In this document: positions 1 to 11,900 of the stretch, piece by piece
How the letters are laid out: every line of letters begins with the position of its first letter
Position numbering within the stretch: position 1 is the stretch's first letter
NCBI GenBank assembly: GCA_000708835.1
Contig: DF237020.1
Location: forward strand, 62,001-126,000
DNA: 64,000 nucleotides
Source of the DNA: Klebsormidium nitens
Lineage: Eukaryota; Plantae; Klebsormidiophyceae
Reading direction: 5' to 3'
Made by a program: the position numbers and the translations under genes
Notes under the pieces: model-generated
The model's input: only the letters and a program-made list of their open reading frames with translations
The model's database searches: none
What the model was told of the DNA's origin: nothing

Positions 1-3000
1 GACGGCGCCGGACCAGCCGTTGTTGAGGTGGAACGCGAGCTGGCGCGGGTTGGAGGGGTTGAACGCGAGAGCGTGGATGGCGCTGGTTTCGACGTCCGTC
101 TGGCTCTGTTTAAGGATGGTTAGGAATTCAGCTTTCAGAGTTTCTGAAATCCAGAGACATTACAGCATACGTTACGATACATTACAGCTGGCGGGCGTTG
201 GAGTGATACAAAGCGAGAGCGTGGATGGCGCTGCTTTCGACGTCCGTCTTGCTCTGTGAAGAGTGACTTGGATGTTGGGGTGTTGAAAATCTGAAGGTCT
301 TCGGTATCTCAACAGACAGTAACCGGCGGGGTCTAGAGGGGTTGAAAGCGAGAGCGTGGATGGCGCTGGTTTCGACCTCCGTCTGGCCCTGCTTAAGGAG
401 GGTTGTAAATCCAGTTTGTGGGGTTTAAGGTCCGAAATCGACAGTACAGCTGCCAAGATTAGAGGGGTGTGAAGCGAGAGCGTGGATGGCGCTGGTTTCG
501 ACGTCCGTCTGGGTCTGTTTAAGAAGGGCTGTGAATTCAGCTTCTGGGGTTTAGAGGTCTGGAAATAATCAGACAGGTCAGCTGCTGGCATTAGAGGGGT
601 TGAAAGCGAGAGCATAAAAATGGAAAACTTGAGGCTCCATTCTGAAGAATCTCTCACGATCTAGGAAACTAATAGCCGGCGAGCATGAGTAAGGAGTGTC
701 GGCCTTAATGAAAGGCGCTCCGTTCCAACGTCCGTCTGGCTCTGTGAAAGGAGACAATCACGGGACCCAACTCGATCGAATCTTTAAGCCCTTGAAAGCG
801 TTTAATGAATCACCAACTGGCAAATGTTTCAACGTCCGTCTGGCTCTGTGAAAGAAAACGACCAGGGTTCATGTTTTGAATGTTGAAGTATGGCTCTGCG
901 CAAGGAGATGATTGAAACCTGAGGCTTCGAACAGTGTAGGTTTCTTGAGTTTTTGACAGAATGCTTGTTGGCGAGCGAGTGGATGGCGCTGGTTTCGGCG
1001 GCCGTCCGGCTCCGTGAAAGGAGACGATTGAGAGACTCGACCTTTATGACCTGTAACTCCTCAGAAAAATTCGACAGAATACTCGTTGGCGCGGGTCAGA
1101 GGGGTGGACGGCGAAAGCCTGAAAAGCGCTTGTTTCGACGTTCGCTTGACTCTGAGATGAAAGGCGTTCAGTGAATTCAAGCACTGGAAGCTGGAAGTCT
1201 TGCGGAAGAGCGGAAATACTGGAGGCATTTCAGAAGTTCTCCACGTGTCTGAACGAGTGTTTCAACGAGCAGGTGAGGAAACTCTGACGGCATCTGAAAG
1301 TCCTGAAACCCACATAGTGAAAACGGCCGCTCTAAGATGACGGTAAGTGTCTTGCATCGTCACTCTTTGCGAGCACCGCTGGGGCTTCGGCAACGATTCA
1401 AGCAGGAAGCTAGAAGCACCGAGAAAATTTACGGCCGAATTGCGACTTCTCTTTTCTGATACTCCTGTAGCCCGTCCACTTTTCTCTGGGGCCGACACAA
1501 AAGGTTCGGGCGCTTTCTCACACTCAAGGAGGCAAGGCTTTGCAGCAGATCCGCGAGAACGAGCCGGCAGATGGGGCGGTGGTAATCTTCGCTCGCGCGC
1601 ATGAACGCGCCCTGTGTGCCCCCTCGCAGGTCCCACCCGTGAATGCAGCCCCCCTCCGAGCCCGCATACAGAACCTGCGAGAATAGCGAAAAAGGTTGCC
1701 ATAAGTTCTTGTCTTCTTTTCGACATCGAGTAACTAAGCGAGAGAACTTGTTGCTGTGCCCCGACGAAAAACGTAGATAAACTGGGGGGGAGACTTAACA
1801 GATAGATAAACTTGCATGATCCTCGAGCTGTTGCACACTTGTGAAACGGTTTCATGCGTGGTTCACAAGACTTGGAAGCAGAGGGACATGCATGGCAGGG
1901 ACTGGCATCCGCATCGACATCTAGAGCACCTACCCGGGCGGTCAACTGTAATAGACGAGGGGCAAAGGAGGCGTCGTGAGAGACACGAAAGAGCATTTGG
2001 CGGTACGACTAACCAATCTAGAGAATGGTGCGGGGAGCCCGTGAAAAAGAGCATATAGCCACACATAAGCCGCAGCGCTTGTTGGTGATTTGTTCCGGGT
2101 AGTGCTTCCGACGTGAGGGATCATTTCAGGCTGCAATAGATCCGCGTTCGTCGACGACTGCGAGTGTCCGTACCTGCTCGTCTTGCGAGAATTGCAGTGA
2201 CGTCAGTGCCCCCTGCAGCCCTGGCACACCGATCGACGTCGTCGGCTTGCGCCCCGAGCGCGAGTCCCACAGGTACATTCGGCCGTCCTGGCCAGCCGCA
2301 GCAATCCTGTAATCGGTAACTGTCCGATTCTGAGTTTGAACGAATAAAAGACCAGGTTTCAACAGTCAAGTATGAAGGATTGCATAATTGAGAACGGTTT
2401 AGACCTGGAACAACCTCGCAAATCGCTCTTATGCGCCTTTTCTTTGTGCTTTATTGGAACCCTAGACAGTTGCATGTATAACCTTTCGTGAGGACCTCGT
2501 CACAACGACAACAACATTGAACTCAAGGTGCCGGTGAATTGGAACAATGAACATAAAATTGTTGTCTTCGGTGCTTCTTCCAATCCAACTGCTGAAAAAA
2601 CTTCAGGTCAAGTTGAAGGACAGAGACATAGAAGCAGAGGGCAACTCGTACCTGTATTTCTGGCCTCGGCTGAACGCCAGGTCGCAGAGCCCGAGCCTGT
2701 TGAAGCTTGTGAAGCCGACGTTGCTGGGGGGCTTAGCCGTCAGCAACTCCTTAGGCTCGTTGGATACTACTGAGAGATCGAAGATGAACAGATTGGCAGT
2801 GCCAGAGGCGCACACCGCAACCTGGACGATAGAGACAGTCAGTAAGTTCGGATACAGTCACCACCTTTCAGCTTCTCACGTTTTCACTACCTCTGAATTG
2901 ATTTAACGGCTTGCCAAGATAGGTCTAGATTTGGACCAGAAGTCAATGCCTCCTCCAAGACAGACTGCGATTTTCCAAAAGAAAGAAGCAAGATTGCACA

Positions 3001-4571
3001 TACAGAATCATACATGGTCAAGAGTAGATGTTTGTCATCCACAGGGTGTTCTACAAAAGCCGTTCTGGCATACCTTGTAAGGGAGGCAAGCTGACTGAAC
3101 ACTAGCCATTGGGAAGCCATTGCAACTTAGTTCTGCAATATCAGTGTCTGATCTTGTTCAGCGACCATAAACAGGTAACCCAAGCCCTGTACAAACCTGG
3201 TTTTCATCTGCGGGGTTCCAGCTGATCTTCTCCAGCCTCAATCGAGTTGAGAGGCTGACGAGCGGCGTAGGAGTTCCGCCATCTGCAATCCAGGAGATCA
3301 GTTCAGTATTCTGGACCTTGCTCAGATTCGTTTCTTGGATCAGGCTAAACGGGAAATCAACTGCAACCAGTGTGTGGCGGACCGTCTGAACTACTGATGT
3401 TGGCTGCTAGAAAACCTGGCCTTTCCATCTCAAGTTGTCATCGGACAGAGTAGCCTTTGCAGTGGCAAACATTTCCAGTCCGCTCGTCGTAAACTTATCC
3501 GCTGGGCCCCAGTCATGAGAAATTGCTGAGGGCGTCGACCACGAATGATTCGTGATGTTAAAATGACAGATCATTGGCGAAGCGAGCTTACTTTGCAATG
3601 CGGTCCGTGCCTGATCATACTCATGGACTGTGATGCAACCAACGCTGCTGGTTGAAGCTAGGAGCTCTCCTCTTGAATCAAACTCAAGCGAGGACACGTA
3701 TGGCCTGCAGAGACCACGTAGAGGACAATCACTGAACCAAGTTGCAAGCTGTGCTTTACATGTGTTGAACCCAGCATTGGCAGTGACAGTTCTGGAGAGT
3801 GAGGGAAAATGCATCGAACGACTGGACTTCTTCAGATCCCTGGGGGATGATATGCCAATCCTTCACAGGAGAGTCCTTGACAACAAGCTTACATCAGACA
3901 ATTGGATCAGAGGACTAAAAGATGCAAGTCATCTGCAATTGAATTGATTATCGAGGCCAACATAAACGCGATAAAATTTGAGGGTGGTATGCCCACCTTT
4001 GCGCAACCACGTGCGTCCCCTCCTCTACTGAGTCCCAGGTCTCCCCCCAGGTTGAAAGCTGAGCGCCATTTTGGTTTCTATTGAACCATCCAGGGGCGTT
4101 CGGCGGAGGGGGGAACGAGGTGCTCAACTCACTCTGGGGAAAGCTTCCAAGCTGTGGGCACACAGACAGATTTGATCAGCTGCAGCAGTCAGCTCATTGA
4201 CTGATGTACTGCATTCCGAGATAGTCAGCTCAGTCAACACAACTTCTCCCACAGGGCGGCTGGTTACATAGTCCAAGCAATTTGAACATTATTGAGTGGC
4301 TTTTGCCAGAACGTAATTATCCAACATTGCGGCTACGAAAAGCCATGCACTGATAAGGTGTGACTTCCAAAGCCACACATTGAGAATGTGTGACTGGTTG
4401 TCTTACCTGTGCATAGAGCTGCAGCATCCTAACCCATGCTTGTTGGGGGCCCCCTTGCCCTGTGATCGCTCGCTTCTCATGCCAACCCAATTTCGGTGGT
4501 TCTGTGCTTGGACTCATGCCCTGTCCGACTGGCTGCAGGGGCAGCATTTTCTTTATCAAAAAACGCTCCAT
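1..4571 (-). CDS. WD40/transducin-repeat protein, multi-exon, 3' end beyond the left window edge
   Basis: ATG at 4571 (gccATGg; MERFLIKK...). Exon peptides: VSSLEFDSRGELLASTSSVGCITVHEYD (~3600-3700); LEKISWNPADENQ (~3200); RIAAAGQDGRMYLWDSRSGRKP...LTSLQFSQDEQ (~2165-2305); VLYAGSEGGCIHGWDLRGG...LADLLQSLASL (~1524-1675); SQTDVETSAIHALAFNPSNPRQLAFHLNNGWSGAV (105->1, after acceptor ttaaacag). WD dipeptides are present, and the LAFHLxxGWSG motif resembles a land-plant WD40 family (recalled, not searched). Confidence 0.85.
47..1160. repeat. Degenerate tandem array (~125-150 bp period) of the WD40 acceptor plus exon 5' end, within an intron
   Basis: The core gcgagagcgtggatggcgctggtttcgacgtccgtctggctctg occurs at ~65 (true exon), 213, 348 and 474, with partial copies at ~606, 720-750, 826-855, 971-1026 and 1126-1160. 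The spacers are also mutually similar. Confidence 0.9.
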
Positions 4572-5276
4572 GGCGTCAAAAGCTGCGGACAGCCCTCTAC
4601 AAAATCATCTTATCCTCCGAAGGTGCCAATCTGAGAAAGTAAGCCTCAGCTAGCTGAGAAGGATGGAGCTATCACAACGCCCAATCTCTGTTGCGTGTGT
4701 GGGGCGGATGCCAATGGGGCACCCTGATGCAGGAATGGGGCAGCTACCTGCTGAGGCTACATGCTGAGGCTGGAGCCTGCAGATTTCAAACTTTGTTGGC
4801 GCGGAGGAATCGTGTTCATCCGGGTCTAGTTCTATTTGTGCGAACCATTAACAGAAGCGTTAACGGCGTTAACTAGGTCGAGCGACTCGGAGCGAGTGCT
4901 TTCACATCGTTCAGGAGACTAGACTCTGGAAATTGGACGTGCAGGAGGCTGCATTGCTCAATTTTGTGCAAGAAGCTGAGCACGGAGCCGCCAGAACGCA
5001 TGCACGTTTGGAAGAAGGCAGGAAGGTCCTTAGAAGTTAGATTGATCGAACTTACAAAAGTTGAAAGATCCTCAAACCCAAGCGTCATAGTTTGATTGCA
5101 CTCAAGCAGTGTTCCAAATCAATGCTGAGTCCTATCGTCTGCAGTATTGAAAAGTAGCGCAGGTCCAGCATTTGTTCCATACAAAGCGGCAGAGCGTGTC
5201 CTAACGAGGTTCCAATCAGAAGTTCAAGCTTTTTCCTGGATGGGCCTAGAATAGCTTGCAGTCTAGTTTGTTGAGC

Positions 5277-6258
5277 ATGTCACTCTTCCGGGTCCGCCTG
5301 GCTTCTTTCGCCGCAGGTTTCGCGGTGGCCGGGGGCCTGGCCATCTACCAGCTTCAAAAGGATCTATGGGCAAGTCACAAAGTGTTGTCCGAACAGGTAT
5401 GTACTTTTGCGACCCTCCCTGTATTTTGAAGCCAATTCTGTAGAGATCTTTTTCCCCACGCATATTTGATTCTTACATCTTCAGCTGCCCTTACTCTGAA
5501 ATGGTCGGAGTGGTTGGAATGGTCAATTGTCCATGTCATAGACACAGCGTGTGTAGGAGGTTTATCACAAAAAGCTGGAGTCGACGAATGCATTGGTGGT
5601 GTTTGATTATCTTACACTTGCGCAACTTGAGCCGTACACAGTGGTGGGAAAAGGCGAGCTACTTTTTGTTCGCTGCCTGTGGGGCCCCTCGTCCAGCTCT
5701 GATCTGGCTACTGGAGAATTAGCATGCTTTCAGCAATCATCATCACCGCCGTCAAGTTCTTCAAGGTTTCTCACCTGCTACTAATGTAACAATGAAACTT
5801 ATTTGCTCGGGCTGCCCATGGTGAGGTCGAGAGGAGCTCGACGTCCTCCTGAGGGTGATAGACATAACATATCCTGTCACTACCCAGAAGCAGAGCGGTT
5901 CGAAGAAAACTTTTACATGGTGTTCTTTTCGTTGAGCAAGCCAATGCTCAATTCCACCTCAGCCTGATCATACAGGCAAGATGCTGTCAAGTGATCAGTA
6001 CGTTATTCTGATCGGCCTGCCCAAATCCTGGTAATACGGCGCGACATACTCATGCCAAGAGGAAAGGCACTTGTCCTGACAGTGCGTCACATGCTGCAGG
6101 CTGCTAATTATCAAGCCACTGTGGAGAAGCGACTAGCGAAACTGGAGGCAGGAAGCAAGTCACCACCTTCTGCTTTGTCTGAAGGTCTGGCAGAGTTGCG
6201 GTTTTCAGGCTCAAGTTTAGGCTCAGTGCAACCACAAGAGATCAAACAGGTGAGTTGA
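5277..6258 (+). CDS. Small (~92 aa) single-TM protein of unknown function, plant-type MLRVRLASF family; 2 or more exons
   Basis: Exon 1 5277-5396: MSLFRVRLASFAAGFAVAGGLAIYQLQKDLWASHKVLSEQ, donor cag|gtatgt. Exon 2 6100-6249: AANYQATVEKRLAKLEAGSK..., acceptor ctgcag|, followed by gtgagttga (donor or in-frame stop). Both junctions are phase 0. The C-terminus is uncertain. Confidence 0.75.
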
Positions 6259-8925
6259 CAACCACGTAGAGCTTGAACTTGTCTTTGAAGCTGCTCCTTG
6301 TCGCCCTTCATCTTCACCATTGCGTGACAAGGCTTGGCAGAATGCCAGACTAGTCCCGATCTAGAGACTGCATGAGCAGTTGATGAGAGCTGTTGAACAT
6401 CTGCCGTGCAGGAACAAGAAGCTTCGCAGACTTTCTCCACAGACTAAGGGATCTATTGTCAAGGTTTTGCTTCATTCGAGTTCCAAGCTGGGAGCAGCAG
6501 TCAATTCAGCAAGTCCACCCAATTTGATCGGAAGTGGTCGAGAAGCTAAAGCTTTTTGCTGTTCAAATCCTTTTTGCAATCTTGTCCTGTACGAAAGACA
6601 TCATGCAGCAGATTCACTAATCTGCTTGCAAGACTCTCCCTAATCCTGTTACGAGGAGTCTCAATCACCCAACACCTCCTTGAAAGATTCGAAGACGATT
6701 CGATCATCAATCGATCATCAATCGATCCGCTTCACGTGCTCCCACATTCAAGTTGGCTCTATATGGCATGTGCAGACGCTGGTCCATGCTCCCCTTGCAC
6801 AGGACGTTCAAGATGCAATCGAAGCAAGCTTTCGCGTGAAGTCACGTGGAGCCCAGCTTGTTCCCAAATATTGTCATGGTTAACACGATAGATCACAAAT
6901 GATGTACCACATACAGTGGCACGTCAAATTGACATAAAACAATCGAAATTTGAGACCGTTGGCTGGTACCGTACTCGAGCTGGACATGTACACATGGTCT
7001 TTGTAATGCTTATCTGCTCAGCTAGTGGGCATTGTAAAATCGTGCGCCAAATCATCATGACAAAGCTCCTGCATGGTCTGATGTGCAGCCCTTGGTTCCT
7101 CAGGTTCCTGAGTCAATTCGTTGATTTAACACTGCGGCTTACATGCATGACGGCATATAAAGCATGTCGCTACTCGTACTGCACACTTTACCAATCCACA
7201 GAAGCTTCTGTAGATACGATGCGCATACAATTTTAATGCTAGCCAGCAGAACTATTTGAACTGTCCAGATCTCATTCAAGCAATTTTATGCAACAAATAA
7301 TGCACGAGGTCACTCCTGGCCCTGGCACAGGCCACCGCGTACGTCCAGCTTTGCAAGAGATTAGAAGTCAGCTCCGCAAAACCAGTAAGCTGCACATAGT
7401 GAAGCTGGTATGTTTTGCTTGCCGCATACGCCCTTCACGAAGTTCGCCTTTACTGAGACAAATTCCATCTGAGGCTAGCTGATCGAAAAGACTTCTAGCA
7501 TCCACCGGCTTCCATGGCAGCCAACGTGCCAGCAGAAGGTATCAGGCATGCGAACGAACTTCTCACCATGGTAAGGTGCCCCTGTCTCCAGCTTTCATTC
7601 GTACTAGGTCCTGCAGCTGCATTCAAATTGGTGAGCTACGGGTCAAACTTGACATAGTAGATACGAGGCTGTGTATTGACAGACCTCTTCAGTATGTGAC
7701 GTTTGCTTGTCTGTGCTCAAGACTGACGATCCATAACGTCAGAGGATCTTCGACAGGCCACGTGTTGACAGGTGTCGACCACCGAACCAGGAAGAGCGGG
7801 CACACCCAGCTGCGCGTAGCAAATCCGTTGATATGGTTTGGCTTTGCTGAACCAACGGTCGAGCTTGATCATGCTACTGACCGTTGGGCTGATGACGGTC
7901 CTCTACAGCTGTCCAAGAAAACGAAGAGTTTCAAGGTCTTAAAACTCCCCCCTGCAATATGATTCTAACAGAACCTAGCTGTAGAGGAACCATGAGTGGT
8001 CACTCTGAAGGGGTTGGAAGTCAACTTCGAGAGAGCACTATATCAAGGAATTCATAGGAGAGGCGGCTAGGGCGCGATAAGCAGAGGGCGGGTCCCCTTG
8101 TTTGGGGGTTGTATTGCCACAGGCATGCAGCGCGCATACTAAGCTTCAATGAAGCAGACGAGGAAGTAGGCATCTTTTGATCTGGAAAGTGCGTTTTTGT
8201 TTACATGTCAAGTAAGAGAAGGTGGCACCAACACAGTGGCCTTGGAAAGCGATGTGCTTGTAATCTGGGGGTCCTGGTTGAGCAGGATGACAGAGAGTTC
8301 TGTTAGGCAGAACTTGTTTCAAAAGGTAAGGACACGAAAGGTCTTCACTAGTTGACCTTGTACGAACAGGGTAGCTACATGTATGGTGACCAAAAGGCTT
8401 ATAGCAAGAAAGGCATGTTGAAATGCACGCTTTGGTCCAAACTGCATGTTTGTGCTGTTGTGCAACACGGAGGAAACGCTTCTGTTACTTACGCGTCGAG
8501 GGTGTTCCAATGATCTGTCTCCTGCAAACTCCCAGTCGTAGGCCGTCAGATCAGCATGTGGCCTGAGGTCTGCGATCTGAAACTCATTTCTGTCGCTTGG
8601 CTTAATCCCTGACATTTATGTTCTGAGACACGGCCCTTTTGTCACTGTTTTTGACTGCATCCCAGAACTGAACTGGCCGTGATCTCGACTGTCTTGCTTT
8701 TGCAGATTTGACAGCCACAAGTGGAGAACGTCCGCCGACCATCGCTTCACAATTCGCAGTCAAGTTCTGGCGAAGACCTGTCAAGACAAATGAAGACGGC
8801 AATCTGAGAGACACCTGAGATCAGGCAGCTGTGCTGCAGATGCGCAGATGGACCTTTCAACGGCATGCAGCGTATAGTAGCCAGGAGCATAGCTGAAAGA
8901 GCACTCTCAGAAGACTTTCCTTGCA

Positions 8926-11900
8926 ATGAAGATGGAGACCCTTTTGGACACGACTGGCCAGCACTGCGTGGAAGAAGGCTCTTCCTTCTTGGAAGACAGT
9001 CCCCCTGGGACCCCGAGATCGCCTTCCGGGTTTGACACTTTCACAGGCAGCGGCATGCTTCTGAACTTCCTCACCCCAGTCAAGACTGGCCCTAGAAAGG
9101 GTGACACCTCGCACGAAGATGCCGCGTTCCTTTCTCCTACCAGCACGCTAGACGGTGGCACGTTCTCTCCGGATTCGGTCATCTCAGAAACAGACTGGAC
9201 GGTCTTTGACAGGCCAAAGCCGAGGGTGCTGGACTTTGGAGCGGTCAGCAGCGATCTGAGCAAAGTCACTCTCACAGAAGAGCAAGATGCCAAGGCAGAA
9301 GACATATGCTGTGCCGAGAATCCTAGGGGACGCCAGCTCCGCTTCCCTTCGTTCCCTAACACTGATGACAGCTGGATCACGGTGTTTGACAAAGAAGCCA
9401 GAGGAGATGATCCAGGTTTCCAGTCAAGGGACTTGACTCCGGCTTCTGAACCCAACGCTGTAGAAACAGGTGTCGTTTCTGAAACGTCTAGAAATGCAAA
9501 GGAAGATGACCACTCCCCCTCAGCTCCCAACCTTCCCACACCAGTTGCTCGCGCGCTCTTCGATCCCGCTCCGGAGTCACTTGCAGAGCACAGTCTCAAG
9601 GGCTTGCCAGTCTCAAGCTGGGAGAAGTCTTCTTTCGAAGTACAAAAACAGCCTACGCGATCCAGCCAATTCAAAGCGACCTGGGCCCGTACGAATATTC
9701 CGGGAGCGGCTGTTTTGCGAAGAACTGCAGACGGAGTGACCAAGCTAGAAAATAGAAGGGAAAGGGGAATCTTTGAGCATTCAAAGATCGGCTTGGACAC
9801 TGAAGAAGAGTGGACGGCAGTGAAACTTGAAGAGAGCTTGGCGCCAGGTAACAGAAAGTGTTTCCCGCTTTTTTGTATTGCGAAGCAGAGCAGAATCAAG
9901 ATGAATCAAGCACGCATTTTTTTAGCCCTCCCAGACACGAAATATGTTCGTTTGTTTTCAAATTCAATCTTGAATTCAGCTGCCTTCTGTGCATCAAAGC
10001 TTCTCCGACAAAATGACTATCGATACCCCTTAGCGATTCTCTGTTGCCTGAAGGTTGGATATACATCGTGATCACCCGAAGCTAGTCGCTCTATCTGCAG
10101 GCAGCGCTGTGGCTCCAAGCGTCACATCTGATCGCGGCCAGCACGCCCAAGTTCCCCTGAAGAAGCCTGTGTCTCCTCCAGCGTGAGTATTTCGTCAGTT
10201 GATACCTTTGTGCGGGTATTTCTTCCGTCAGTTGACGCGCTGGCGCAAAATCTGACCTACGCGTGATCTGAATCTTTAATTGCAGACCACGAGAATCACG
10301 CAAGGATAAAATGAACAAATTGGGATCCATTCGGCCTCGACAAATTCTGCAGAACTTTAAAAGAATTAAACACCTTTGCATCAATCCTGGACAGCTAGAA
10401 TAGCGCAGACGTATCGATCAGTCCAGTATAAGCCTCCTAAAAGAGTTTGTTGCCGGCGAGACGAGTTTTCCTTCCTCCTGTGCGCGCTCTCTCTTGTATA
10501 AGCTACGCATCGAGAAACATTTTCCGCTGGCCACCGCGATCCACCGTAAGGAATTTTGTTGCTGCTCAAACTTTTCTCCTCGTCACACAGGACTGGCAGC
10601 AAGCTCGCGGCGCGCAGGGGCGAGCACGTGGCGCGCGCGCTCAACAATCTCAGGATTGGCGGAAAGCCGAGACCCGGGGAGAAAGCGTCGCCCCGCTGCA
10701 GCCCCAGAACCCATGGCGACGAAGCGCGCGCCCTCTTTGGCGCGATGCTCGAGCCCTCTCCAGACTCCACTCCGTTCAGGTGAGTCGCGCTACATTGAAT
10801 TTACTTTCTCAGTATTTTGCGGACGTCCCAAGGAGTGCGTGCTGTTTCGGCGTCACGTCTTCCAAAAGAAATGACTACCTGTTGGTAGTCAGGAAGATCC
10901 TTCAGAATGCTCAGGTGTATCTCGAAGAAATCGTGTCGTTTAAAATCAGTTGCAGAACCGTCAAAACTTCTTCCAATAATCGTTTCACTTTATACCTTTT
11001 CTAAGGACGCTTAAACCCAAGCAAGCAAGTGATTCTGTGTCTCCCGGCCGTCTCCTCGCAGTACGTCCTCCGAGTCCGACTGGAGCCCCGACCAACCGGG
11101 GCAAACCACACCGACCCCGCAGCACGAGTCGGGCAAACGACCGCCCTTGCCCCCGTACGGCCCCCGCCTCAACCGAAGCGCGCGGCGCTCTAACCTGGCC
11201 GCCATCGCGGAGCAGCCGCCGCGCGTCGAGCGGAAGACCAAGCTCGGGCGCGCGCAAAACCCCGCGCGCGCGGCCGCGAGCGACGAGGAAAAGGACGACT
11301 CTGCGTGGGAGCGGGCGAAGGCTCTGCGAGTGAACATTACGCCCCGGGCCACGATCCCGAAGCCAAGCGTCTCGCTCGACTCCGAGGACTACTTCGAGAT
11401 CCAGGATCCGCTCAGCGGCGGAAGGACGGAAACCGGAAGTGGCCGCGGCAGTCGCGGTTCGGACGAGGGTTCGCGGGGTTTGGACCCGCGGCTGAGCCCG
11501 CGGCTCGCGCGGCTCCTGCGGCGCGTCCCGGGCATTGGCGCGCTGACGACCGAGCGGATGGAGAGGCTGGTGGAGTCGGCGCACATGCTGGAGTACGGGT
11601 CGGGGGAGGTGATCGCCAAGACGGTGAGTGAGCCGGAAATCATGACGAGGTTATTGTGCATCAAACCGGATCAACCTGTTGTGTTCCTGCTTTTTCCGAA
11701 ACTTGTTCACTAGAGCAAGAAGTCAAGTGTTAAATTACGGACCTAAGAAATTACCATTCATATTGAAAGCGTGTACGTAGAGGGTTTGTGATGGCGCTTG
11801 AAGACGCAACCTCAATCTCTTGCGAAACACCCCGACTCTGATTTCTATTTGTGTTATGTATTTCATCACAGAAAGACGAGATCCCATCGAGACCTCTGTT

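Noticed and set aside
172-657. 161-aa minus-strand ORF with repeated RRTSKPAPSTLSL
   Set aside because: It is a by-product of the intronic repeat array, read in a different frame from the WD40 exon.
47-1160. CRISPR-like repeat-spacer appearance
   Set aside because: The context is eukaryotic, the units are long and degenerate with related spacers, the repeat equals a WD40 exon end, and there are no cas genes.
8907-9899. 330-aa antisense ORF
   Set aside because: It is a shadow of the kinase first exon, which has a proper donor at 9847 and joins in phase to downstream exons.
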